Positions 47,401 through 58,891 of a stretch of DNA of 64,000 bases are shown piece by piece (the first letter of the stretch is position 1; each line of letters opens with the position of its first letter). The notes under the pieces were generated by a model. That model had not been told where the DNA came from and searched no databases. It worked only from the letters and a program-made list of their open reading frames with translations. Source of the DNA: Hormiphora californensis (taxonomy: Eukaryota; Animalia; Ctenophora); contig CM035352.1 of assembly GCA_020137815.1 (NCBI GenBank), forward strand, positions 6,572,001 to 6,636,000, read 5' to 3'. The position numbers were made by a program, and so were the translations under genes.

Positions 47401-49341
47401 CAGAGAGAACAGTGATGAGACTGTCGTTTGAAGAGTTAGTTGACCTTGGAGATGCTATTTCAGTAATCCTCGGGCTTGCAACCGGAGTGATTGTTGTTCC
47501 CATTTCCACAGTTTCCTTGACAGTTTGGGATGCGGAGGTGTGGAAGACCGGGGTTTTCTTCCTCAGCTCGACCTCAACGATTTTCTGGAGCCGTTCCAGT
47601 CCTTGGGTAACTGAGCTGATTCTTTGCATTATGTTCATTGTGATTAGTCGTCCATTTTCTGCGACTATCTTTCCTTGCTCTAGGTCCGCCTGGTACATCG
47701 GGAGCAGGCGTGCACTATTAGCCTTTATCGTCCGTCCAATGTGCACGAATCCCAGCACCATAATGAGTGCAAGTAGTAGAAGGGTCACAGACAGTAGGAC
47801 GACGTCTGGCGTGAACATCTTGTCTTTATTATCTTTGGTTTTCTTTGGGTTCTGGTATTTGTTGTTGGTTGATTTCTTGGTTGATTGAGAGCAACAACAA
47901 AAGCGATTACGTATGCGGGGGGTTCTGCACGTGCTAACTTGAACACACCTTGTAGACAGGGTTACCATGGCAACACGTGCATACCACCCCACTAATCTAA
48001 TCACCCCACTAATCTAATCACCCCACCAATCATCAACCCCACTAATCTAATCACCCCACTAATCTAATCACCCCACCAATCCTCAATCCCACCCCCTCAT
48101 GTCAAGACCTCCCTTTCCCGTTATCGATTTTCTAACAACCCTTCTCCCCTCAGTTGATAGTGATTTGCTACTAAAGAATACTCACATAATAGCTGAGGCA
48201 GTAGGACGTTATATAAGCGAGGTTTCCGACAAATCAATTGCTATCCTACAAGACCGTATGGTAAGTGGTTATTGATTGTCAAATCAAATCAAAGTGGTTA
48301 TTTGTATGTTTCCCACTCGCCCCGAACCCTGCACACAACCCCTTCTACCTTCAGGTACCTAATAAAGATATGCTAGCACGAACAGTACAATATCTGTCTA
48401 CAACCCAACGAGCCGCACCTCTTCTCACCAAAGAAAGTTCAGTCATCAGCTTTTTGGAGCAGGTAAAAAAGACATGAAATTTACACACCATTTCACCTCA
48501 ACTTTCTGTAGCGGTGTATCGCTCGTTTTGAGCGCGCATAGTGTGAAAAGTACATCGTGTTAGCGTGTGACCCTCATTTCCCTTGTTTTCTCTGCGCGCG
48601 TATTTCCGGCCAGCTGGACTTCCGAACATCTGGTTTTGATTTATTTATTGTTTGTTTTATCGAATGAGCAAGCCCAGGGGCCTTTCATTTGTCTTGGTGT
48701 TTGGGTGTACCGTTAAAAACACAAGGCGGTATTTTGCCTGCTCCTTCATAAAACTAAACGTGACTTATCCTGAAGCTGACACATTTCCCTCGTTGGATGA
48801 GGTTAACAGTGATATTGTCCAAACCATGCAACAACAACCCCCTCTCTCAGATGATGGAGAAGTTCACGAGTGAGGTTATTGTGTCTGAGTTCAAGGCGTC
48901 CAAACGTGATCCAGAGTTCCAGTTTTATGATAACACAGAAGTGAAATTATTCGCATACAAGTAAGCATCTGTGACATTTCAATATCTCAGTAATATACAT
49001 TTGTTTATGGGTTGAACTTGAAAACTGGCTTAACGATATTGTAGTTATGAAATGAAATGCCAAAGACTAAACCCCCTTTTTTTCAGTGTAAAACCAGCCG
49101 TATTCGACCTATTCCTTGCAATCGCTGTGTTCGCCTATTTAGGAACTGTCTACCTTTGCATAAAAGTAAGTAGACCTAACCACTAACCAGTTTTGATTTG
49201 ATTTTATTACACGATAAGAAAGTTTTGAGAGGTTGGCTTTAGCCCACCAATATAATCCAGATCAAAACATAACAATATTTTCAGGCCATTCCCCACGTCC
49301 TAACTGCAATCTACCAATCAAAGAAGTTGAAATCGTCCTGA
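43911..49341 (+). CDS. NCLN: Nicalin, multi-exon
   Basis: VHEFTAYRMNQYSLGG; AIVAHFDSFGIAPHLAKSANSNGSGVAAFLELARL; EFVLCIDSVG..LNIHLSKQPK; VKPAVFDLFLAIAVFAYLG near the C-terminus. Confidence 0.93.
47264..47818 (-). CDS. Nested antisense ORF in a nicalin intron: single-pass membrane protein with a possible coiled coil and EQ-rich repeats
   Basis: ATG 47818 (MFTPDVVLLSVTLLLLALIMVLGFVHIG) after an A/C-rich leader; ~184 aa; inside the intron between about 46706 and 48153. No family recognised. Confidence 0.55.
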   Translation of the reverse strand: MFTPDVVLLSVTLLLLALIMVLGFVHIGRTIKANSARLLPMYQADLEQGKIVAENGRLITMNIMQRISSVTQGLERLQKIVEVELRKKTPVFHTSASQTVKETVEMGTTITPVASPRITEIASPRSTNSSNDSLITVLSAPVEQNSEETTKEQPMEQNSEETTMEQPMEQRTEEPSPDITLQIE

Positions 49342-49897
49342 TCTGACCACCATGGTTAAGTTATATTTCAGAGAATATATATAAACATTGTGTGAACCCC
49401 CTATTGTTTGTTTGACCAGCTGCGAAGTGAGAGAGAGAGTTGTTGTGTTTTTTTGTGTTTGTGTTTCCCAAGAGAATCTGTGTTGCAGCATTTATTTATC
49501 TTACATTAATTAATTACGCAGCTTGTTTTTGGTAATTAACAATTTTTAGGTTTGTTCTTTACAGCATGAAGCTATAAAGGGTTCAAATGTGCACTAAACA
49601 AAAATAGAAAACAAATAGAAAATAGCTCATAACACAATATAACCCTGACCCTATTCGTGACCATCCAGCTCCGCTTTCGCTCAGACTGTGTACTACAAAG
49701 ATACAGTCATGTTGTATGACAACTCCCTCCCTTGTCTCACAAAAGATTTCCCTTTCCAAACCGGCCGACATTACAAGTCGTAAAGATACGGTCGTATAGT
49801 ATGACCTCTCAGTCCTAATCTCACAGAATCATCTCAGTCCTAATCTCACAGAGCCGTCTCAGTCCTGATCTCGATGCTTTCAGCTTTACGTGACCCA

Positions 49898-50653
49898 TCA
49901 GTCCTGATCTCTAATACAAAGAGAGTCTCTATTGAGTTCAGCTGTACAGCACTGACACTGGGCACCCCCATACACACAACTACTGTAAGGATACCCCTCG
50001 TTCCAATTCTCCTCGCACCTGAGCCCCGCTGTAGATGGAGAGTCAGTAAACTTGTAGCTAACATCCTCGTTCATGTACCGCATCTGAGTGTACGTCCACA
50101 CTGGGTCAAAGTAAGGGAAGGAGAGGTAGTAACTAGGGTTCTGTTCGCTATCTGATGGTTCTGGAGTGTCTCGATATGAACTCTCCTCCTCCTCTTCCAC
50201 CCCGACCTCCTCCTCCCCCAACTTGGCACGCTCTAAACTAGCTATAGCCTGGTCTAGGACTGATAATGCAGTTTTACTGGTTGTTGAGTTCGTGGTGCAG
50301 CTAGATCCTTGTGTGTTGTGCCTGCTCCTACTACCGGATCTGTTCGTACAACTACCACTATCACTTCGGGCATCTTGTTGCAGATCCCATGTCTGTAACT
50401 CCCCTGTCTGGTGGTTTAGTACACTGTCAGCTCGATGCCTGGCCTGTAATTCCCCTGTCTGATGGTTTAGTATACTATCAGCACGATGCCTGACAGCTAC
50501 TGTACCAGCGATATTAGGGCTCACAGGGGCTGTGGTATGGTTAGGCGAAGGAGCAGTGGTAGGGGCTACAGAGGGGCAATACCGCCATGACTGGGAGTAT
50601 TGGTCGTAATAATAGTTGTTCCACCACACGCCGTTATTGTTCACCCACGACAT
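49898..50653 (-). CDS. Orphan intronless ORF, 251 aa
   Basis: Open frame with Trp/Tyr/Asn-rich N-terminus, internal 16-aa duplication RHRADS.LNHQTGELQ and Cys-rich C-terminus; acceptor-like TTTAG about 22 nt upstream. Confidence 0.55.
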   Translation of the reverse strand: MSWVNNNGVWWNNYYYDQYSQSWRYCPSVAPTTAPSPNHTTAPVSPNIAGTVAVRHRADSILNHQTGELQARHRADSVLNHQTGELQTWDLQQDARSDSGSCTNRSGSRSRHNTQGSSCTTNSTTSKTALSVLDQAIASLERAKLGEEEVGVEEEEESSYRDTPEPSDSEQNPSYYLSFPYFDPVWTYTQMRYMNEDVSYKFTDSPSTAGLRCEENWNEGYPYSSCVYGGAQCQCCTAELNRDSLCIRDQD

Positions 50654-52330
50654 CTTATATCATTTTACCATCTTGCTAAATTATATTGGGGGTTTTATAC
50701 AGAGACTTTATTTGAGTAGGTATCAGTGGCGCCTACTTAGGGATACACAAAGCAAAGTTAGGGATTGCCACAAATGAAGAACAAATGCCTTTTCTCAGCT
50801 GTTGAGTACTCCACAACTTTTCAATTGAATATCCCACTAACCACACATGCACAGGTGCAATTCTGCTCTGCACCTCAGAATGCTCAGAACAGTCAGCATA
50901 AAAATAAAATGGCAGGATAAATTGGGGTACATTTTTAGTGGTTTGAGGTTACTGGCGGCTCCCGCTAGTTTCAATTCAATCGAAGCACAAAAATGCAAAC
51001 AAATCAGGAGATATTGCAATATCTCCTGGGCTAATATAGTGGATACAAGAGCTATCACATATATTATTTTGTGTGATTGACTGGCACATTACATTGCATG
51101 CGAAAACAGCCCAAAAATCCTCCTGAATTCAATCACTTCCCTCTACTACACCACACAGGGGAACAACAATTAGTAAACAACAATTAGTAGATATAGACCT
51201 TGGATGTGGAGATATAAACGGCCGGCAGATACACATTGTATCTTGGCAGATACACACATTGGATCTTGGCACAGTTTGTGTGAACCAAGCTGGTAATCGG
51301 GGCGTTACATCACTTTCACCCTCTGGAGATATATCTCGTTAAGAGCTACATCATTTACACTGGTACAGAGTGTGCCAAAATTGGGAGACATTGATTGGGC
51401 AAATCCCGATCGAATGAGTTTGACATTACCTTGTATGTGAGATCGACCTCGATCTCACTCAGGCATCAATGTGGCCAATGAACCGGCTGCCTTGCTTGAC
51501 TCACCGGGTTTCAGTTTGAACAAAACATTGAACCATATGGCAATTGACAATGACGATAAACAGACAATCTGGTGGTGATTCTGAATGGAATTGAATGACT
51601 TGGCACTCCACTGTCTCCGGTCTCGCCCGTGTCCCAACTTCCAGGACCAAGACGAGAAACCACAACTTGGTTTCGTTTGCTCAGCTGGGACAACAAACAG
51701 AGTACACAGCCGGCCGGAGAGACAGTACAGTGTCGGATCACCAAGCGGCTGACAAGCGGTAAAATTCACCAACTGCTGTCAAAGCGCGCGCGGGACACTT
51801 CGCGCCAGATTATCAAATAAAACAGTTTCGCGCGCCACGTAACCGGTCTCCTGTGTTGTGAGTTGCTGGGAGGGGAATGGGAAGTTCAGCCTGAGCGCTC
51901 AGATCGGGTCTACGGAACAGATGAGCAGGCCAGGGACGTATGGCAGCAGGCGGCTATTGGTTGGTTCCTGTATATGTGTGTCTTGAGTTGTTGGGAGTTG
52001 AATGCAACTGTCCGTTCAGATTAGGTCTGCGGAACAGATGACCAGGGACGATTTTGATTGGATCAACTCAAAGAGGCTATTGGATATATTACTCACCTAG
52101 CGATTTGACCTTCAGTGGGCCTTCATTGTTTGATAAAATTACGACAAGCTATTCTTTGTTGTATAAAAGAAAGTTAAATCATGCAACACAATAACTGATC
52201 TTTCAGACACATATCTTAAATTAAAAACTTAGCAGTATTAAAAACACGTTTACCCTAGCTCATTATCAGCAAAATCAGTTTACGCGAAATTAACAAAAAC
52301 AAATTAAGTCTACAACGAGTCCATATTCCT

Positions 52331-52414
52331 TCGAGATCCGCACAAAGTCCCTCGAGATCCGCACAAAGTCCCTCGAGATCCGCACAAAGTCCCTCGAGAT
52401 CCGCACAAAGTCCC
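52331..52414. repeat. 21-bp tandem repeat, four copies
   Basis: TCGAGATCCGCACAAAGTCCC repeated just downstream of the P2X stop. Confidence 0.95.
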
Positions 52415-52428
52415 CCATAGTCCCCTCA

Positions 52429-53562
52429 CTACTCTTCCTTCTTGCTCATCCACTCAAGAAGACTATGTTTACTCCCACTAGCCACACTATGATCAACAAT
52501 ATCACCATCCTGCATTCCATATATCACCTCCCTATAGAACCCACTCTGGGGCAGAAGATACAGCGCTATAATGTCCCCAACTGTAGTAATCAGTGTTATC
52601 AGACTCATTGAGGTAGCCAGACACTGCAGTAGACATGTTATGGAGAACACTCCAAGGGAGCCACCCTGCACAAACTTTAGATGAACACCATACCTCTTTC
52701 TCAGTAGCCGATGCTGTACATTCGTGTAACGGTCGTGTGCTGTAGCAGTGTTGTAAGGGACGGTAGATGAAAAAAGAAGGGACGGCGTTACCATGGGGAT
52801 TACTTCCTCAACTCTGTACGGTGTATAAGGCACTCTCTCAACTGTGTATCTATACCGGAGTGGTGTTGTTCCCCACCAACTACTGAGAGTGTTTTCATAG
52901 AAGAGAGTTACTATTAGTAGACACCCCTTTCTTCTAAAGGATTTTCCGTTACCGTTAGGTGAATCAGAAGTCTCATCAAGAGATCCTAACCCGGAAGCCA
53001 TTAGCAGATCGTCTAAAGACAGCCGATCAGCGTGTTCAAGATCACTAAATTCCCGTATTAACCTCCCCTCTTGATCCTCTAGATACCCTGTCATGGTCCT
53101 TTGAGTGCCAGTAAGAAGGAGATCTCTGGAGTGTACCGAGTGTTCCACCTTTATATCAACCCTCTCAGGATGTTGGGAATAGTACTGGCTCTCTCCCTGA
53201 CGATCCTCTGTCATCTTCAGTCCAGGGTGGAGAGTCTGGTAACGCTCTTTGAAGAACGTTGCTATTGTCACAGAGTCCTTGTCCAGTGGCCAGGCTAGCT
53301 CCTTTCCATCAATCAGGTAACACTGACATTTCGGGCACTCGCAGTAATTGGTGAGATGGAGGTGGAGGGGTGGTCAGGTTTAAAGAGTCTGAGATAAGAG
53401 TGACGGAGCCGTGAGGAGCAGTGTCTATCTGCAGGTAGCCCTTTATTGATGATGATAGTTAGTAATTGAGTAGAGAATCACGGAGGCAATACCGATGTAG
53501 TAGTAGAGACCTAGGAACCGGTCCTTGATGGTACAATATTTGAACGTCGTGTAGAGTACCAT
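52429..53562 (-). CDS. P2X receptor-like ATP-gated channel, intronless; three apparent 1-nt insertions in the 5' part
   Basis: N-terminal YTTFK (YxTxK), TM1, KGYL..D, FRRKG.LLIV, RLLRKRYGVHLKFVQGGSLGVFS then TM2. Frame restored by deleting single bases near 53466, 53440 and 53368. Confidence 0.85.
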
Positions 53563-53958
53563 TTTCCACCAGTGCAGCCGAGAAGTACACAGTGTTAGGC
53601 GAGAGGGAAGGGGACCTCTAGAGGAAACAGGAGTGGGTTAGTGGGTGAGGTAGTAATAGTGGGTTAGTGCCTAGTGGGTTATTGGGCTAGTTGGCTAGTT
53701 GGTGAGGTAGTTAGTGGAGCAAAGTCAAACACAGATAATTTAGAGTAAAAAGATATTTTGGTTAAACATCAACAAATATTTCTAGGATAAAATTGGGGTT
53801 CTCCTCCACCCACACAACTGATAATATTGTTCCAAATATTTCAAACACGTCGGAACACGTTACAGTTTTCAATAACACTGTCCCTCAAACCCCACTTCTC
53901 TCCACGTTTCTTCTTTACTCCATTTCTTTTCAACCCCATTTCTCTCCATGTTTGTTCA

Positions 53959-55833
53959 TCACTGCATCTGTGCCTTCCGTATCATATCCATCCTCTGAAA
54001 ACAGTGTTATTATTGAAACAAGAATAACATCGAGGAATTCTGGCCCGGGCAATACACTTTAGTTCACAATTTAGGATAATTTAGTAGTTTCAACAATAGA
54101 ATAAAGTCGGATTTTTTAATCAAGGGACAGGAGGCCGCGCATTCAGAGGGGTCGCGCGGCTTTGTATTTGCACGTGATAATCGAGATCAAGTTCCTGGCA
54201 ATCTTAAGACTTGAACCCGGAAGCGTTGGAAAGATAATACATTTTCAACGCAACCAAAACCATGTCTTTATCTTATCAGGAACAGGAGATATGAGCGAAA
54301 ACGTTTAGCACGCGCAAATAGACTTTTGTAAATGCGTGGCCCCTGTCCCTTGATTAAAAAATTCGACTTTAGGTATACTTGGTGACGGGTGTCTGACCCC
54401 CCCCCCCAAGTCTCAATAAAGTAAGTGTACAAATAAAAACAAGATGGTTTGCCAGTAAGTGTACCTGTTCTCCCACCCCCTCCAAGTCTCAATAAAGCAG
54501 GTGTACAAATAGAAACAAGATGGTTTTCCAGTAGGTGTACCTGTTCTCTGACCCCCCACAAGTCTCAATAAAAAATAAAGTGTACCTGTTTGTGTTGTTC
54601 CAGACAGATGTCCTTTTTAGCAGGTTTCTGTTCCTGTTCCCGGGTATACCCAGGTACCCACAGGTCGTAGTGTCGATCTAGATACAGCAACACATCCTTC
54701 GTCTCCAATTGTTTGCTCTTTCGGTGCGATGCGATCTGAGCTGCGGATCCGATAACGTCCTCAAGGAAGTCATCGCCTATCTTTAGTAACACCTAGAGAG
54801 AGGGTGAATTGTTGATTGTTGAATGTTTTGAGAAATAAAGGGAAGGTTGTTTGATGTACAGAGATGTAATGTTATCAATAAAAGGAAATCTGTGATAGTT
54901 TAGAATTGACTGAAACGTGATCGTTACCTCTTCCACCTCATCATCCAGCTGTCCAAGGGGGTCAATACCTCTCAGGACTTCCTTAAGATGTCGCTTCTGC
55001 AAGACCCGCTCCCCCTCTCCCCTACTTCCCAGATTGGTAGGTAATGGTGGTGGCATCGTCGGTCTCTGCGTGGGGAGAGTTTCAGTATTTTAGCAGGGGG
55101 GGGGGGCGTTTTGCTAAAAACAGGTTGGTCCAGCAGATAGATAAGAAGCGAAAGTAACTTGTTTTTGGTTTACGTAATTCAAATAAGAGTTCTTATCTCT
55201 AGGGTTTAGATCACAGAAACACAACTTCTAGAACATACACCGATACCTCGCCCCCCTCCACTATGTAACTTTACCTGATGGTTAGTTAGACCGGGTACCA
55301 TACCAGGGGGCATGTTGCCCTGTATAGTTACCTGATGGTTAGTTAGACCGGGTACCATACCAGGGGGTATGTTGCCCTGTATAGTTACCTGATGGTTAGT
55401 TAGACCGGGTACCATACCAGGGGGTATGTTGCCCTGTATAGTTACCTGATGGTTAGTTAGACCGGGTACCATACCAGGGGGCATGTTGCCCTGTATAGTT
55501 ACCTGATGGTTAGTTAGACCGGGTACCATGCCAGGGGGCATGTTGCCCTGTATAGTTACCTGATGGTTAGTTAGACCGGGTACCATACCAGGGGGCATGT
55601 TGCCCTGTATAGTTACCTGATGGTTAGTTAGACCGGGCACCCACTACCCCTCCACTGGGTATAGTTACCTGATGGTTAGTTAGACCGGGCACCATACCAG
55701 GGGGTATGTTGCCCTGTTGAATATTGCTCTGGTTGATAAACCCTGATTGTCCAGGAACCATCAAACTGGGGGTTGTGTTCGCCCCTCCCGTCATTACCAA
55801 CCCCATCATACTCTGTCCACCCGGCCCTGACAT
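53959..55833 (-). CDS. TAF12: TFIID subunit 12
   Basis: VLQKRHLKEVLRGIDPLGQLDDEVEE|VLLKIGDDFLEDVIGSAAQIASHRKSKQLETKDVLLYLDRHYDLWVPGY..EQHKQ|RMDMIRK; start codon approximate. Confidence 0.93.
54103..54370. mobile_element. TIR MITE in the last TAF12 intron, related internally to 61772-62040
   Basis: AAAGTCGGATTTTTTAATCAAGGGACAGG ... CCTGTCCCTTGATTAAAAAATTCGACTTT; shared core ATCTTAAGACTTGA..TCTTATCAGGA. Confidence 0.75.
55275..55715. repeat. 57-bp tandem repeat copying the TAF12 exon end plus donor (six full copies, one partial, plus the exonic original)
   Basis: Minus unit GGCAACATGCCCCCTGGTATGGTACCCGGTCTAACTAACCATCAG|GTAACTATACAG. Confidence 0.95.
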
Positions 55834-56729
55834 TGGGGCTCTACTGTGCCATAAACATTCCCTGTACATAAAGGTGGTGAGTGGAAGTTCGTATACAGAC
55901 CTTCCTTCAATTTTCCAAGGAGGTTAATGTAAAGTACATGGCAGTGAGTGAAAAGGGAAGACAAGGGAATTGTAAATCTTTCAAATCGTATAAAAATTGT
56001 GAATCAAAAAACATAACACCATCAAAATTATCTGAAACAAGAATAATTGCGGTATAATGCCATACCGCCTGATTTCCCCGCCAACCATGTGATCTGGCAT
56101 GTGCCAGTTGCCACACCTGCTTCTAATTGGGCACTGATACGTGAGCCGGTATAGGTGATGGTTGCCTGAGCTATGTGATATCCTAGTAATAATAATAAGT
56201 CGCAGTTCCGATCACAAATGCAGAACAATGTTCATTGCACAATGACGTAGGGCGCGATGACAAATCTATGAACAATTGTAATTGCAAGTGCAACATAAAG
56301 GCGCCGCGCACATGCGCGCGAACTTCCTGTATTGCTCAGTCAGTAAGTGACAGCATTCCGCACTGGATAGTTGCCAACAGCAACTCAGGAGGTTACGTTA
56401 CAGGATTTAAGCGTGACACTTCACTAGTATGTAAAATAAAATTGTCGAATTCTAAACCCCTATGCCTTTTTACAAAAGGCATCCGGGTGAATGCCTTCGG
56501 CATTCACCGGGCGGGGAAAAAATATTATAAAAAAGAAAAACTTGTGCACGTATATACACTTGTGCACGTATATACACATAGTGTAGAAATATAAATAGTG
56601 TAGAAATATAAATTAGTGGGACACCCCATAGTGTAGAAATATAAATAGTGTAGAAATATAAATTAAAGTCATGCAGGAGTTACTGCATTCAGGTTGAAAA
56701 AGGAGCCATTTTCTCTAAAGATAACAATA

Positions 56730-57608
56730 TTATCCCCATGATACCGCTCTCACCCAAAGTCCCATCAGACAGTTTCTGATCTTCGGTTGCTGAATATAAA
56801 TGTAACCATTGAACAAGTTATTGCACAACAGGAAGATGTGGGCTAGAGAAAGGGCGAGTTTACCCTTAGCAGTAAACCACACGAACACTCCCTCATCCTG
56901 CTTCAACCGGGGGTCGAGAAACACAAAACCTGTGTAAATGTAGTACCCGTAGGTAAAGAGGAACACAGTGGAGACCAGCCATACAAACCGGGCTGCCCTA
57001 ATTAGACTGACCCCCTGGTTCCTCCGGTGATAGAGAATGGAAAATATTATCCCTGACAAAGCCAAAACTAACAACAACTCTGACACCTGTAGAGCCATGA
57101 AAAATCCATAAATTTTAAGGCTGTATTTAAAATCATCAACATATCTGTGTAGGAGTAGGTTTATTATTCCTGTAAAATGTATGGCTGCCAGCATGACGGG
57201 AACTCCTCCACAAAACCTCAAATAGAGCCATGGTTTTAGCTGAAAGGCAATGACACAATCCATGTTTAACATTAACACAAGCTTGATTGATACCCACAGG
57301 AAATATTCTTGCAGAGCGAATGAAACATGCCATAACGTTATACATGTGTCCTTTGTTACAAAGCATTCCGTGTCAATAATTCCACAGTTTAGGTACAGAG
57401 CGTTACAAAATCCTGTTACCCCGCTCAAAACGTCCATGGCAAGGAGGTGGGTCACGATGAATCCCCTTGGACTCAGCCATTCCCTTGTTTTACAGTAGCC
57501 GAATAGGGCCAGACCGGAGAGACAGCAGACAAGAGTTCCTAGGAATGTCTCCATCACCATAGCAACCACTGGGTAAACACATCTCAGGTCATCTTTCGTG
57601 ATATCCAT
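56730..57608 (-). CDS. Divergent rhodopsin-class 7TM receptor, paralog A
   Basis: 292 aa, seven hydrophobic segments, TM2 LLAMD, TM3 LNMDCVIAF, TM7 NNLFNGYIY; intronless. Confidence 0.75.
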   Translation of the reverse strand: MDITKDDLRCVYPVVAMVMETFLGTLVCCLSGLALFGYCKTREWLSPRGFIVTHLLAMDVLSGVTGFCNALYLNCGIIDTECFVTKDTCITLWHVSFALQEYFLWVSIKLVLMLNMDCVIAFQLKPWLYLRFCGGVPVMLAAIHFTGIINLLLHRYVDDFKYSLKIYGFFMALQVSELLLVLALSGIIFSILYHRRNQGVSLIRAARFVWLVSTVFLFTYGYYIYTGFVFLDPRLKQDEGVFVWFTAKGKLALSLAHIFLLCNNLFNGYIYIQQPKIRNCLMGLWVRAVSWG

Positions 57609-57850
57609 CCAACCTGCAAAACGATTTCAGTTCATAGTAGTCGGTAGGGGGGGGGGGCGTCAGTAGGGTTAGAGTGGTTTCGGACTATTCTAATAAAACA
57701 CAGTGATCTTATTATGAACGAGAATAATTTATGATCATTTTCTAAAAAACAGAAACACCATTTCATAACAGTTCTAACAAATCCCAATATATTGACGTGG
57801 TATCAAAGTTTTGAAACTGGCGCTTGAGAGGGGTCTCCGGCTGCTGTTTT

Positions 57851-58891
57851 TCACTCTATCAGATCTCCATACTTGTTCCTTCGCTGATGTTCCCCTGCTC
57901 CTCCTGCTGCTGCCCCCTCCTCCTCACCCCCTGGGGGAGTGAACCGGGACCTAGGGCGACCAAAGTAGCCCCCACCTGATTGTTTGTCCTCACCAGCATC
58001 AGATGAAGGTGCGGTGTATGATCCTCTACCTCCATAGGGTCCCAACTGCTGTGAGTCTTCAGTTGTAGACTGTGGTGAAGAACTGTAGTTGTAGGGGGCG
58101 GATCTATTGTTGTACGATGGTTCCTGTCCTTGGTTAGATCCATAGGGAGGTGATTGCTGGCTGGCACCGTAGGGAGGTGATTTCTGACTATCACCGTAGG
58201 GTGGTGTTTGCTGGCTAGCACCGTAGGGAGGTGATTGCTGGCTGGCACCGTAGGGAGAACTATAAGGATTGGATGGAGGAACTTCTGTTGGCACTCCATT
58301 ATTACCACTTCTAGCTTGTCCATAATGATGAGGTTCATTTTGAGGTGCTGGATTATACCCTTGATCATCCTTCTTGCCGTAATAAGGAGCTGGTGAGGCC
58401 TCACTTTCCCCCTCCCCAGATGACATGAGAGGTTGGTATGGTGACCTGAACTGAGGGCTACCACCCTCACCACCCTGATCAACCACCTTGGTGGTGGTGC
58501 CATTTTTGTAATCTTGCAGCATTTGGAACTTGGTAGATAGTTTTTCCTGATATTCCTCTTGAGAGAGCTGCCCGTTCAGCCTATTCAACAAGATATCCCT
58601 AGTTTCACTGGGAGGTACTGACTCTATCATCGACCGACAGATGGGGGTTCGGAGCATTCGGAATGAAATGGAAAACGTGGTTAAACCAACGCCAAGGGAC
58701 ACAATTGACTGGTATTTCTTGAGGGGAGACGAACTTGAACCGGCAATTGCATTTTTTGCTATCCTGTTGGCGAACCCTCCAAAGAGTGAAGAGAAGACGA
58801 AGGTGCTGGTGACACAACCCGCCATTGCGCTCATTGCACTCTTCATCTCGTTGAATTCCTCAGTGTTCGCTGCATGCTCGGGATCCGACAT
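57851..58891 (-). CDS. OCIA-domain (OCIAD1/asrij)-like protein
   Basis: Two N-terminal hydrophobic helices followed by C...IES.P.S, a long low-complexity region and the terminal RRNKYGD motif typical of OCIAD1/asrij; divergent. Confidence 0.6.
   Translation of the reverse strand: MSDPEHAANTEEFNEMKSAMSAMAGCVTSTFVFSSLFGGFANRIAKNAIAGSSSSPLKKYQSIVSLGVGLTTFSISFRMLRTPICRSMIESVPPSETRDILLNRLNGQLSQEEYQEKLSTKFQMLQDYKNGTTTKVVDQGGEGGSPQFRSPYQPLMSSGEGESEASPAPYYGKKDDQGYNPAPQNEPHHYGQARSGNNGVPTEVPPSNPYSSPYGASQQSPPYGASQQTPPYGDSQKSPPYGASQQSPPYGSNQGQEPSYNNRSAPYNYSSSPQSTTEDSQQLGPYGGRGSYTAPSSDAGEDKQSGGGYFGRPRSRFTPPGGEEEGAAAGGAGEHQRRNKYGDLIE

Noticed and set aside
55907-56230. Possible extra exon between TAF12 and 7TM-A
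   Set aside because: Short frames with no recognisable homology or partner exons.
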